This document shows positions 48,717 through 57,109 of a DNA stretch of 64,000 nucleotides, in pieces. The DNA comes from an uncultured Clostridia bacterium (GTDB lineage Bacteria > Bacillota > Clostridia > Christensenellales > UBA1242): contig CAKNRR010000002.1 in NCBI GenBank assembly GCA_930990975.1, forward strand, positions 204-64,203, written 5' to 3'. The notes beneath the pieces are model-generated. The model was given only the letters and a program-made list of their open reading frames with translations, had not been told where the DNA came from and ran no database searches. Positions within the stretch are counted from its first letter, which is position 1, and each line of letters starts with the position of its first letter. A program made the position numbers and the translations under genes.

Positions 48717-50381
48717 ATGCTTCAATCATTGTCTATAAAAAATGTTGCTTTAATATCTTCTTTATCTATTGATTTTGGAAAAGGTTTTAATGTTTTGTTG
48801 GGCGAAACTGGCGCAGGAAAAAGTATAATTTTTGATGCACTAAATTTTGTGCTTGGAGCTAAAATTGATAAAACACTTTTGCGAACTGGCGAAAGTGAAA
48901 TGCGAGTTGATGCTGTATTTACAGATTTGAATTTAAATGCAACTGCGGCGCTTAAAGAGTTTGGTTATGAGGATGAAGATATTGCGCTATCAAGGACTTA
49001 TAATGCCGAAGGGAAATCAATTATAAGGGTAAATGGTTTGCCTACCAGTGTATCTGTTTTAAAAGAAATAGGCGATATTTTGGTTAATAGTTATTCTCAA
49101 CATGAAAGTGTAGATATGCTTAAGACTAAAAATCATTTAATAATGCTTGATAGAATGGGCGGAGAAAAAATAAAGGCATTAAAAAATGATATCAAACAAC
49201 TTTATAGTCAGTTGGGTGAGATAAATAAAAAAATTAAAGCTTTAGGCGGAGATGATTATGTACGCGAAAGAAAGAAATCTTTGCTATCATATCAAATTCA
49301 AGAAATTGAAGATGCCAACTTACAGATTGGCGAAGACGAGAAGATTGGTGAACGATTGAAGCTTTTGAATAGCGCAGAAAAAATTTGTCAGAGTATAAAC
49401 GAGTGTGAAGAACTTTTGACAGAGAATGTGAGCTCTTGTGCTAATAGTTTGCAACAGGCGTCGATTGCTTTATCAGGCCTATTGAGTTTTGACAAAATAA
49501 ACGAATGCAAGGAAAGGCTGGACAGTGCTAGATACGAGATTGAAGATATATGCCAAACGCTGGTAGATATACGAGATGAAACAGATTATGATGAGGAAGA
49601 ATTTAATGAGCTTGACAGAAGACATGATCTTATTAAGTCATTAATAAAAAAATATGGTGGAAGCATAGAAAAAACCTTAGATTATTTGGAAGAATCTAAG
49701 GCAGAGTTGGATGCTTTGAATGATAGCGTAAATCTTATTGAGAAGCTGGAGAAAGAGAAAAAAGAAATCACTCAAAAGTTGAATGATGAAGCAAATAAAC
49801 TTACTGTTGAAAGAAAAGAAATTGCCGAGGAAATAAGACAAAAAATAACGAACGAACTTAGGGAGCTTGGAATGAAATCAAGTTCGTTTGAAGTGAAGTT
49901 TTCTTTATTAGACGAAGTTCAATCAAATGGACAGGATGATGTTGAATTTGTATTTTCAGCCAATAAAGGACAAGAGCTTAAATCTTTATCTAAAACTGCT
50001 TCTGGTGGAGAACTTAGTAGATTTATGCTTGCTGTAAAAAATATCTTTGCAGAAACTGGCAGTGCTCAAACTTTGATTTTTGATGAAATTGATGCTGGTA
50101 TAAGCGGAGAAACAGGCAATATAGTTGGACAAAAGCTTAAGAATATTACTAAGTATGCACAAGTATTATGTATAACTCATTTACCTCAGGTTGCAAGCTA
50201 TGGAGATGATTTCTTCTATGTAAGCAAAATGGAGGATCGTGAAACCACTACAACCAGTGTCGAACATTTAAAGGGTGATGATGTAATTATCAATCTTGCT
50301 AAAATGGTTGGTGGAAATAATATAAGTGATATAGCTCTATCTCACGCAAAAGAAATGAGAGATAAGGCCGTTAATTCATAA
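48717..50381 (+). CDS. recN: DNA repair protein RecN
   Basis: MLQSLSIKNVALI...LLGETGAGKSIIFDAL Walker A. SGGELSRFMLA signature. LIFDEIDAGISG. Start at the second ATG (48717). Confidence 0.9.
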   Translation: MLQSLSIKNVALISSLSIDFGKGFNVLLGETGAGKSIIFDALNFVLGAKIDKTLLRTGESEMRVDAVFTDLNLNATAALKEFGYEDEDIALSRTYNAEGKSIIRVNGLPTSVSVLKEIGDILVNSYSQHESVDMLKTKNHLIMLDRMGGEKIKALKNDIKQLYSQLGEINKKIKALGGDDYVRERKKSLLSYQIQEIEDANLQIGEDEKIGERLKLLNSAEKICQSINECEELLTENVSSCANSLQQASIALSGLLSFDKINECKERLDSARYEIEDICQTLVDIRDETDYDEEEFNELDRRHDLIKSLIKKYGGSIEKTLDYLEESKAELDALNDSVNLIEKLEKEKKEITQKLNDEANKLTVERKEIAEEIRQKITNELRELGMKSSSFEVKFSLLDEVQSNGQDDVEFVFSANKGQELKSLSKTASGGELSRFMLAVKNIFAETGSAQTLIFDEIDAGISGETGNIVGQKLKNITKYAQVLCITHLPQVASYGDDFFYVSKMEDRETTTTSVEHLKGDDVIINLAKMVGGNNISDIALSHAKEMRDKAVNS

Positions 50382-50404
50382 GTATAAATATCTCGATAAT
50401 GAAT

Positions 50405-50433
50405 AGACTAACATTTATAGTTAGTCTTTTTTT
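50405..50433 (+). terminator. Rho-independent terminator after recN, abutting the spoIVB RBS
   Basis: AGACTAAC-atttata-GTTAGTCT followed by T7. GGAGGG and the GTG start 50447 follow within ~14 nt. Confidence 0.7.
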
Positions 50434-50446
50434 ATGGAGGGAATAA

Positions 50447-51658
50447 GTGTCAAAAAAACAGAAATTTAATATTATTTTATTGGTCTTTATTTCTTTTACT
50501 CTTTTAATAATAGCGAATATTGACATATTCAATGTCTATTCGTTGCAAGATAATTTATATACTAGTTATAATGAAATAAATGAAATCAATAAAGAAAGAA
50601 GATTTGGTAATTTGGTTGAATTATCAATGAAGAAAAATCTGCAAACTGGCTCGGAGGAAGAAAAAGAGAGCTATGTTGTAGTCAAACTTTTTGGATTTAT
50701 CCCTATAAAGAAGGTTAAAGTTAAGTTACTGCCAGAAGATCAAGTATATTTGGGCGGAGTGCCTATAGGGTTGACTATTTATACTGAAGGAGTTGTGGTC
50801 GTAAGTGATGCTGTTGTTGATGTGGCAAACAATAAGATTGTGAAGAATAAACAACTTGAAAATGGGGATATTATAAAGAAAATTGGTAATGTTATTGTAG
50901 AAAATGTTGATGATGTAGAAGAAGCATTAAAGAGCGTTGAAAGCGACAATGTTGAAGTTGAGTTGTTGAGAGATAATAAAGTGATTAATACGAATGTTGG
51001 ACTTATTAAAAACAAAAATAATGAGTATAAGCTTGGTGTATGGGTTAAAAACGATATATCAGGAATAGGAACTTTAACATTTGTTAAGAAAAAAGATCTT
51101 AAATATGGGGCATTAGGACATCCTATAACAAATGGAACTGACGATAGTGTTGTGCCAATAACTACGGGCAATGTTTACAGTTGTAATTTAATTGGGATCA
51201 ATAAAGGACAAAGAAACAAACCTGGAGAATTGAGGGGAGTTTTTGTAAAGAAGAATGAAAAGGGAGATATTACAAAGAATACCCCTTATGGAATTTTTGG
51301 AAATATTGAAAAAAAAGAAAATGTAATAGATGAAAATAGGTGTGCAAAGATTGGCGGAAGACTAAGTGTAAAGCCAGGAAAGGCTAAATTGATATCAAGT
51401 GTAAGTGGTATATGCGAAGAATACGATATAGAGATAATTAAAGCAAGCTATCAAACAAAATGTAGTGATAAAAGCATAGTTTTTCGTGTAAAAGATAAGC
51501 GTTTATTAGAACTAACAGGAGGTATTGTTCAAGGAATGAGCGGTTCTCCAATAGTACAAAACGGAAAACTCGTTGGAGCTGTAACACATGTGTTTATGTC
51601 TGATCCTACAAAAGGTTATGCTGTATATAGTGATTGGATGCTTGAACAAATTGATTGA
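50447..51658 (+). CDS. spoIVB: SpoIVB peptidase (S55)
   Basis: PDZ region, GIGTLTFVKKKDLKYGALGHPI, catalytic-Ser context GMSGSPIVQNGKLVGAVTHV. Confidence 0.8.
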   Translation: MSKKQKFNIILLVFISFTLLIIANIDIFNVYSLQDNLYTSYNEINEINKERRFGNLVELSMKKNLQTGSEEEKESYVVVKLFGFIPIKKVKVKLLPEDQVYLGGVPIGLTIYTEGVVVVSDAVVDVANNKIVKNKQLENGDIIKKIGNVIVENVDDVEEALKSVESDNVEVELLRDNKVINTNVGLIKNKNNEYKLGVWVKNDISGIGTLTFVKKKDLKYGALGHPITNGTDDSVVPITTGNVYSCNLIGINKGQRNKPGELRGVFVKKNEKGDITKNTPYGIFGNIEKKENVIDENRCAKIGGRLSVKPGKAKLISSVSGICEEYDIEIIKASYQTKCSDKSIVFRVKDKRLLELTGGIVQGMSGSPIVQNGKLVGAVTHVFMSDPTKGYAVYSDWMLEQID

Positions 51659-51695
51659 AATTATTAATGGATAATGGATTGATTTAAAAACAAAT

Positions 51696-51737
51696 AAAAA
51701 CATGTTGAAATTGATTTTCTGTCAACATGTTTTTTTG
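51696..51737 (+). terminator. Rho-independent terminator after spoIVB
   Basis: ACATGTTGA-aattgattttctg-TCAACATGT followed by T6-7. Confidence 0.8.
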
Positions 51738-51877
51738 TTAAAACATAGATTGTTTTGCAACTTGGTTGAAATAAATGAAAAATTCAAAAATACATCATAT
51801 TGTATTTTAAATACGTTCTAAATAATGTATATAGTAGTTTTTGTAAGTGTATAAAGGTTATGGCTTCAAAAGTGAGC

Positions 51878-51921
51878 AAAATAAAAAGAAGTCAAAACTC
51901 ATAATTCATTGTTTGGCTTCT
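51878..51921 (-). terminator. Probable terminator of the recombinase gene (minus strand)
   Basis: Minus strand reads AGAAGCCAAAC...TTTTGACTTCT followed by TTTTATTTT. Confidence 0.5.
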
Positions 51922-52000
51922 TTCTACTTAATGTGAAGCATATTTCCTTCACGCTATTATATTGTGCAATAACAACTTAATTATTCATAAATATTAAAAT

Positions 52001-53035
52001 TTATTGATTTATTTTTACTTTATCTGCTACATCTTTTCTCATATCTTCACTTATAGCTGCATAATGCTTCTTTGTTGTGTTGACATCTTTATGTCCTAAA
52101 ACATCTGCAACAATATAGATATCATGGGTTTCTTTATAAAGATTTGTGCCAAATGTGCTTCTTAGTTTATGTGGAGATATTTTTTTTAAAGGTGTTGCAA
52201 TTTGAGCGAATTTTTTAACAAGATTTTCAACCGCGCGTATAGATATTCTTTTGTTTTGCAAAGATATAAACATTGCATTTTCGTCTTCAGGAAGATTTAA
52301 AGTAGCCCTTTTTTCTAACCATGTTTTGAGTGCAAGAGCGACTTCTTTAGAAAAATAAAGTGTTGTCTGGTTTCCGCCTTTTCTAGTGACCAAAAAGGCA
52401 TTTTGTGAGAAATCAAAACTTTCAATATTTAATCCGACAAGCTCTGATATACGAATCCCAGTTCCTAAAAATAAAGTAATGATGGCATTATCTCTTTCAA
52501 AAGTGTTTTTGTTGTATTGTTGTTGGTGCTTAGAAAACTCGCAAGGATTTTCAACGGCGTTCATCATTCTGCTGACCTCGTTATTTTCAAGTCTTATGAT
52601 TTCTTTATTGTGTAATTTAGGAGTGTCTATTTTGCTGACTACATTTGATTCTATCATATCATGATTAAATAAGTACTTGAAGAAACTTCTTAAAGATGCA
52701 AGTTTTCTTGCTTTCCCTCGTTCATCATTCTTATATTGTTTGTCGTCTAATTGATAGAAAGACAAATATGACAAATATTGTTCTATGTTTCTTGCTTTGA
52801 GGGTGTTTAAGTCATTTAATGTTATTTCTATTTCTTTTTTATGAAAAACGAATTGTGATAAGTAATTATAGAAAATAAACAGGTCCATTGAGTAGTTGTA
52901 TCTCGTAAGTGATGAAGTGTTGCTTTCTATACCAATAAAAAAGTCAAGACAGTAGTCGGGGAGTCTTTCAGTGTATTTAGACATTTTTAATCTGTTTTGT
53001 AAATCTCGTTTTTCGTAAAAACTTATCTTTTTCAT
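52001..53035 (-). CDS. Tyrosine recombinase, XerS-like architecture
   Basis: Catalytic region GTGIRISEL, VTRKGG, HKLRSTFGTNLY, LGHKDVNTTKKHY (R-H-R-Y). The N-terminal LPDYCLDFF...SSLTRYNYSMDLFIFYNYL resembles the XerS N-domain pattern. Confidence 0.75.
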   Translation of the reverse strand: MKKISFYEKRDLQNRLKMSKYTERLPDYCLDFFIGIESNTSSLTRYNYSMDLFIFYNYLSQFVFHKKEIEITLNDLNTLKARNIEQYLSYLSFYQLDDKQYKNDERGKARKLASLRSFFKYLFNHDMIESNVVSKIDTPKLHNKEIIRLENNEVSRMMNAVENPCEFSKHQQQYNKNTFERDNAIITLFLGTGIRISELVGLNIESFDFSQNAFLVTRKGGNQTTLYFSKEVALALKTWLEKRATLNLPEDENAMFISLQNKRISIRAVENLVKKFAQIATPLKKISPHKLRSTFGTNLYKETHDIYIVADVLGHKDVNTTKKHYAAISEDMRKDVADKVKINQ

Positions 53036-53257
53036 GTTATTATTATATCATTATGAAATCGAAATTACAAATAAAATTTTATTTATGCGTAAAAGTTTTT
53101 TATAATACAGTATATATTGTTTTATATATAAGACATAATACTATATCTACGATAAATTAAATTTTAGAAGAAAGATGTCATGATTGAAAGATATGGAGCT
53201 TTTGGATCGAAACAAGAAACTTATTTCAATATCTGATATGATTTTTTCAATATTTAT

Positions 53258-53286
53258 TTGACTAATTTAAATTATGAAAGTATAAT
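53258..53286 (+). promoter_or_regulatory. Sigma-A-like promoter for serS
   Basis: TTGACT, 17 nt, TATAAT. No T-box motifs seen upstream. Confidence 0.5.
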
Positions 53287-53306
53287 TAACATACGAGGTG
53301 TTAATT

Positions 53307-54599
53307 ATGATAGATATTAATTTGATTAGAACTAATCCTGAACTAGTAAAGGAAAATATTAAAAAGAAATTTCAAGATCATAAACTTGAATATGTTGATA
53401 AAGTGCTTTCACTGGACGAACAATTAAGAGCTCTTAAAAAAGAAGGCGATGAACTACGATCAAAAAGAAATAGTCTGAGCAGTCAAATTGGCTTATTAAT
53501 GAGAGAAAAAAAGATTGATGAAGCTAATAAAATAAAAGCTGAAGTTGTTCAAAACAATAAGAGAATTGAAGAAGTTGAAAATGAAGAGACTGAAATTGCT
53601 GCTCAATTAAAAAAATATATGATGTCTATTCCTAATATTATAGCTGATGATGTGCCTATTGGAAAAGATGATAGCCAAAATGTTCAAAGATTAACTGTTG
53701 GAGAAGCTAAAGTCCCAAATTATGCAATTCCTTATCATGCTGACATTTTAGAAAGCTTGAATGGCTTAGATTTGGATAGTGCTAGAAGAACAAGCGGAAA
53801 TGGCTTTTATTATTTAACTGGAGATATAGCAAGATTGCATTCAGCTATATTGTCTTATGCTAGAGATTATATGATAAACCAAGGTTTTACTTATTGTATA
53901 CCACCATTTATGATTAGAAGCGATGTTGTAAATGGCGTTATGAGTTTTGAAGAAATGGAAAACATGATGTATAAAATTGAAGGCGAAGACCTTTATCTTA
54001 TAGGAACTAGCGAACATTCAATGATAGGCAGATTTAAAGATACAATATTGAAGGAAGAAAATTTGCCTTTATTACTAACTTCTTATTCTCCATGTTTTAG
54101 AAAGGAAGTTGGTGCACATGGTATTGAAGAAAGAGGAATTTATAGAGTACATCAATTTGAAAAGCAAGAAATGATTGTGATTTGCAAGCCAGAAGATTCA
54201 ATGGATTGGTATAATAAGATGTGGCAAATCTCTTCAAACTTCTTTGCTTCATTAGATATTCCTCATGAAGTTATGGAATGTTGCAGTGGCGATTTAGCTG
54301 ATTTAAAAGTAAAATCTTGTGATATAAATGCTTGGAGTCCACGACAAAAAAGATATTTTGGAGAGCTTGGTTCTTGCTCTAATTTAAGTGATGCTCAAGC
54401 TAGACGCTTAGGAATAAAGTTTAAAACTGAAGACGGAATGAAATTTGCTCATACATTAAACAATACTGTTGTAGCGCCTCCTAGAATGCTTATCGCATTT
54501 TTAGAAAACAATTTAAATGAAGATGGAAGTGTTAATATACCAGTTGCATTAAGACCTTATATGGGCGGAAAAGATAAGATATATCCTGCAAAAAAATAA
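53307..54599 (+). CDS. serS: Serine--tRNA ligase
   Basis: MIDINLIRTNPE N-terminal coiled-coil arm. Class II motifs FRKEVGAHG and HTLNNTVVAPPR. Start at ATG 53307. Confidence 0.9.
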   Translation: MIDINLIRTNPELVKENIKKKFQDHKLEYVDKVLSLDEQLRALKKEGDELRSKRNSLSSQIGLLMREKKIDEANKIKAEVVQNNKRIEEVENEETEIAAQLKKYMMSIPNIIADDVPIGKDDSQNVQRLTVGEAKVPNYAIPYHADILESLNGLDLDSARRTSGNGFYYLTGDIARLHSAILSYARDYMINQGFTYCIPPFMIRSDVVNGVMSFEEMENMMYKIEGEDLYLIGTSEHSMIGRFKDTILKEENLPLLLTSYSPCFRKEVGAHGIEERGIYRVHQFEKQEMIVICKPEDSMDWYNKMWQISSNFFASLDIPHEVMECCSGDLADLKVKSCDINAWSPRQKRYFGELGSCSNLSDAQARRLGIKFKTEDGMKFAHTLNNTVVAPPRMLIAFLENNLNEDGSVNIPVALRPYMGGKDKIYPAKK

Positions 54600-54627
54600 T
54601 GCTAAAGGAGGCTGTTAATTTAAGTTC

Positions 54628-55599
54628 ATGCCAAATATAAATGTATCAAAAGATTTAATTGTTAATATAGCAGAACAAGAGAATACAAAATATATCAAAA
54701 CAGTAAATAAATCAATTAACCAAATTATTGGTCAGGCTATCAAAGATTTGTCTGAAAAGATATCTTTTGTTTCTTTGAAAAATGTTATTTTGCAGCCAGC
54801 TAATGAATTGATTAGCGGAGCTTTTATTGATGCATCTTTATTTATTTATTTGTTAGGAGTTCAGAATCCGCAATTAGAACTAAATACAAATCAAAAAGAA
54901 AGTGCTTGGAAAAGCTTTAAAGACCGAGTTGTTTGGGCATGGAATAATCGCAAAAGATTTATAAAAAGGAAGAAAAAACATAGAAAAAGTAAAAAATCTA
55001 AAGAAATTGAAACACTTGATAATGATTATAAATTTGAACCAAACACATATACAATTTATCAATTAACTGAAGATTTGCAAAAGGCTATGATTCAGTATTT
55101 ATGTGAAACAAGCATGGTATACATGAATGACAATGTATTGCAAATTGTTGGAAAAGATGATTTTGGAGCTAATACGAAGATTATAATTTATGTTGTAAAT
55201 TATGATGGTGAAAAATTCAAATATTATGCAGGCAAAAAAGAAGGTTTTAAATTGATAGACATAGATTCTCGCTTAAAATGTCTTGAAAATAAAATAATGA
55301 CAGTAGGTGAAAATTTTATCAAAATTCTTAAGGTGTTTAATTCATTGTATTATAATATAAATGGCATTATGTGTAATCAAATTTTTATGGAAAGCATTTT
55401 GTGTTCATGTCCAGAAGATTTGTTTTTTGGTGATGACATTTATAAAGTATTTGTAAAAATAGTTAATTATTTATCTATAAAAACACTGAAAGATATTAAG
55501 TCAATAAACAATTCGCAATTAACCATATTTAAAGATGAAATTTGTGGAAACTGCGGATTAGGATTCAATAAAATGCTTTCTAAAATATTGAAGAATTAA
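54628..55599 (+). CDS. Hypothetical protein, nucleotidyltransferase-fold-like (SMODS/CD-NTase-like layout) with degenerate catalytic motifs and a poly-basic insert
   Basis: ISGAFIDASLFIYLLG sits where hG[GS]...DhDh is expected. C-terminal FMESILCSCPEDLFFGDD resembles the LE.L.YN.P..F helix of SMODS-type NTases. The insert is NRKRFIKRKKKHRKSKKSKE. The fold call is tentative. Confidence 0.35.
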   Translation: MPNINVSKDLIVNIAEQENTKYIKTVNKSINQIIGQAIKDLSEKISFVSLKNVILQPANELISGAFIDASLFIYLLGVQNPQLELNTNQKESAWKSFKDRVVWAWNNRKRFIKRKKKHRKSKKSKEIETLDNDYKFEPNTYTIYQLTEDLQKAMIQYLCETSMVYMNDNVLQIVGKDDFGANTKIIIYVVNYDGEKFKYYAGKKEGFKLIDIDSRLKCLENKIMTVGENFIKILKVFNSLYYNINGIMCNQIFMESILCSCPEDLFFGDDIYKVFVKIVNYLSIKTLKDIKSINNSQLTIFKDEICGNCGLGFNKMLSKILKN

Positions 55600-55800
55600 A
55601 GCAAAAAGTAATAGAACAAGATTTGTATATAAAGAATTATAAAAAAGGTTTTGTTTAAAGAATGCTATTATGAAAAATTGTTTTAATATAAAAAGGATTA
55701 AGCTATGATTTAAAAATATGAATATTAATGATTATTTATGCAAATAAAATAATTATTAAAAAATAACATAATAGACTTTATTTTACCGGTATTATGTGCT

Positions 55801-55836
55801 TATCTCTGCGTAAAACTTGTGTTTTACGCAGAGATA
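55801..55836. other. 16-bp perfect hairpin / palindrome with 4-nt loop
   Basis: TATCTCTGCGTAAAAC-ttgt-GTTTTACGCAGAGATA read directly. No adjacent U tract on either strand. Confidence 0.85.
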
Positions 55837-55884
55837 TAGATGTTGCACTTCCTTTTTAAAATGTTGGTTTTAATAAAAAATACA

Positions 55885-56122
55885 GACCCCTTTTAGCGAT
55901 TTTTGTCAATACAAACAGCAAGAAAGTTTATCATATACCCCTTTTCCCTACAAATTTTATGCCCCTATTATTTAATTTCATTTTAAAACTCACCTATTAT
56001 CAAATTTTTGATTTTTATATAATTATGGAGTTGCTCTAATTAATGCTTATGCCTACTTAGTAATTTATTACATGTAGAGTCTCTATTAAAAAACAAGCTT
56101 ATAAATTTGAGCTTGTTTTTTT
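55885..56122 (+). ncRNA. Candidate small RNA with three C-rich motifs, ending at an orphan terminator (speculative)
   Basis: GACCCCTTTTAGCG (~55885), ATACCCCTTTTCCC (~55935), GCCCCT (~55961). The terminator at 56087-56122 has no track ORF (60 aa or longer) within ~250 nt on either side. No convincing promoter found. Confidence 0.2.
56087..56122. terminator. Bidirectional rho-independent terminator in the region with no track ORF
   Basis: AAAAAACAAGCT-tataaatttg-AGCTTGTTTTTTT. Confidence 0.7.
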
Positions 56123-56385
56123 GTAACTTACTTTAAAATTTGTCTAAACCTCATCACACATTATAATGCCATATCGCTTTTTATGTAAATTTGGAGCAAT
56201 TGATGATATAATTGACTTCATTTGTTCTTTTATAATAAAGAAGAATTATTCATTCCCCTGCTTTCTATTTTCGATTGCACTTTTCTTATATGTTGGTATG
56301 GAAAAATAATCTTGATATATTGGGATTTTTCACTAATTGATATAATTCTTTTTGTTATATAACTTATAATCGATCTTTATTTGTT

Positions 56386-56973
56386 TCATACTACTTTTGT
56401 TCTGAGTAAAAATGCATAGTTTTTCAATTCTCTCCTATATTGTTTATAATTAGGCACAAATTGTTCAACTAAAGCCCAAAACTTTTTTGAGTGATTGAAT
56501 TCTATACCATGACATAGTTCATGCAAAATAATATATTTTATTATATCTAAAGGTAAAATGATTATTTTCCAATTTAAGCTCATATTCTTATGATAGTCTA
56601 AACTACCCCATATTCGAACGGAGTTCATTATCCTTAAATTTTTGAATTGTAAATTAAGTCGCAATGACATTTCTTCCACTATCTTTTTTATATCATTGTC
56701 AAACGCAGATTTGTAAAAATCAATTTTATTTCCATCAAATTTTATAGGAGTATTATAAATGTAAACATAATTTTCAAAGTCGTATTGAGATCTTTTATTA
56801 TGTAATTCTTCTATAGACTTCAATTGTTTTTTGATCCACTTATTCTTCGAAATAACAAAATCGTCTATAATATCTTTAGAGATATTTCTGGGAGCATTTA
56901 CAATAACTTCTCCGCTGCTATTTATCCTTATAGAAAGTCTTTTAATTTTAGCCCTTTTTAATATGTATTCCAT
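56386..56973 (-). CDS. DUF45 / YgjP-like M48-family metal-dependent hydrolase
   Basis: IKRLSIRINSSGEVIVNAP N-terminus and the zinc motif ILHELCHGIEFNHSKKFW (HExxH). Confidence 0.7.
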   Translation of the reverse strand: MEYILKRAKIKRLSIRINSSGEVIVNAPRNISKDIIDDFVISKNKWIKKQLKSIEELHNKRSQYDFENYVYIYNTPIKFDGNKIDFYKSAFDNDIKKIVEEMSLRLNLQFKNLRIMNSVRIWGSLDYHKNMSLNWKIIILPLDIIKYIILHELCHGIEFNHSKKFWALVEQFVPNYKQYRRELKNYAFLLRTKVV

Positions 56974-57019
56974 AGCTATTATTATAGCCTCAAACTATCA
57001 AAAAATCAAAGTATTTTAG

Positions 57020-57040
57020 CTATTATGCAATACATAATAG
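57020..57040. promoter_or_regulatory. Palindrome CTATTATG-caata-CATAATAG in the divergent DUF45 / PadR-fusion intergenic region (candidate operator)
   Basis: 8-bp arms read directly, ~24 nt upstream of the -35 of the PadR-fusion promoter. Confidence 0.35.
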
Positions 57041-57063
57041 TAAATAAAAATTTTGCAAAATAG

Positions 57064-57092
57064 TTGACTAAAATTGTATATTGCATTATAAT
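57064..57092 (+). promoter_or_regulatory. Sigma-A-like promoter for the PadR-fusion gene
   Basis: TTGACT, 17 nt, TATAAT. Confidence 0.5.
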
Positions 57093-57109
57093 CATTTTAA
57101 GAGGTAAAT

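Noticed and set aside
55885-55966. Direct identification of the C-rich region as RsaE/RoxS.
   Set aside because: Only short words (ACCCCUUU, UAGCG) are shared. Motif order, spacing and the terminator distance differ from RsaE. It is kept only as a generic C-rich sRNA candidate.
55628-56352. 11-bp inverted match (AAAGAATTATA at ~55631 versus TATAATTCTTT at ~56341) as possible terminal inverted repeats of a mobile element or inverton spanning the island.
   Set aside because: It is too short and AT-rich to be distinguishable from chance. There are no target-site duplications and no adjacent recombinase.
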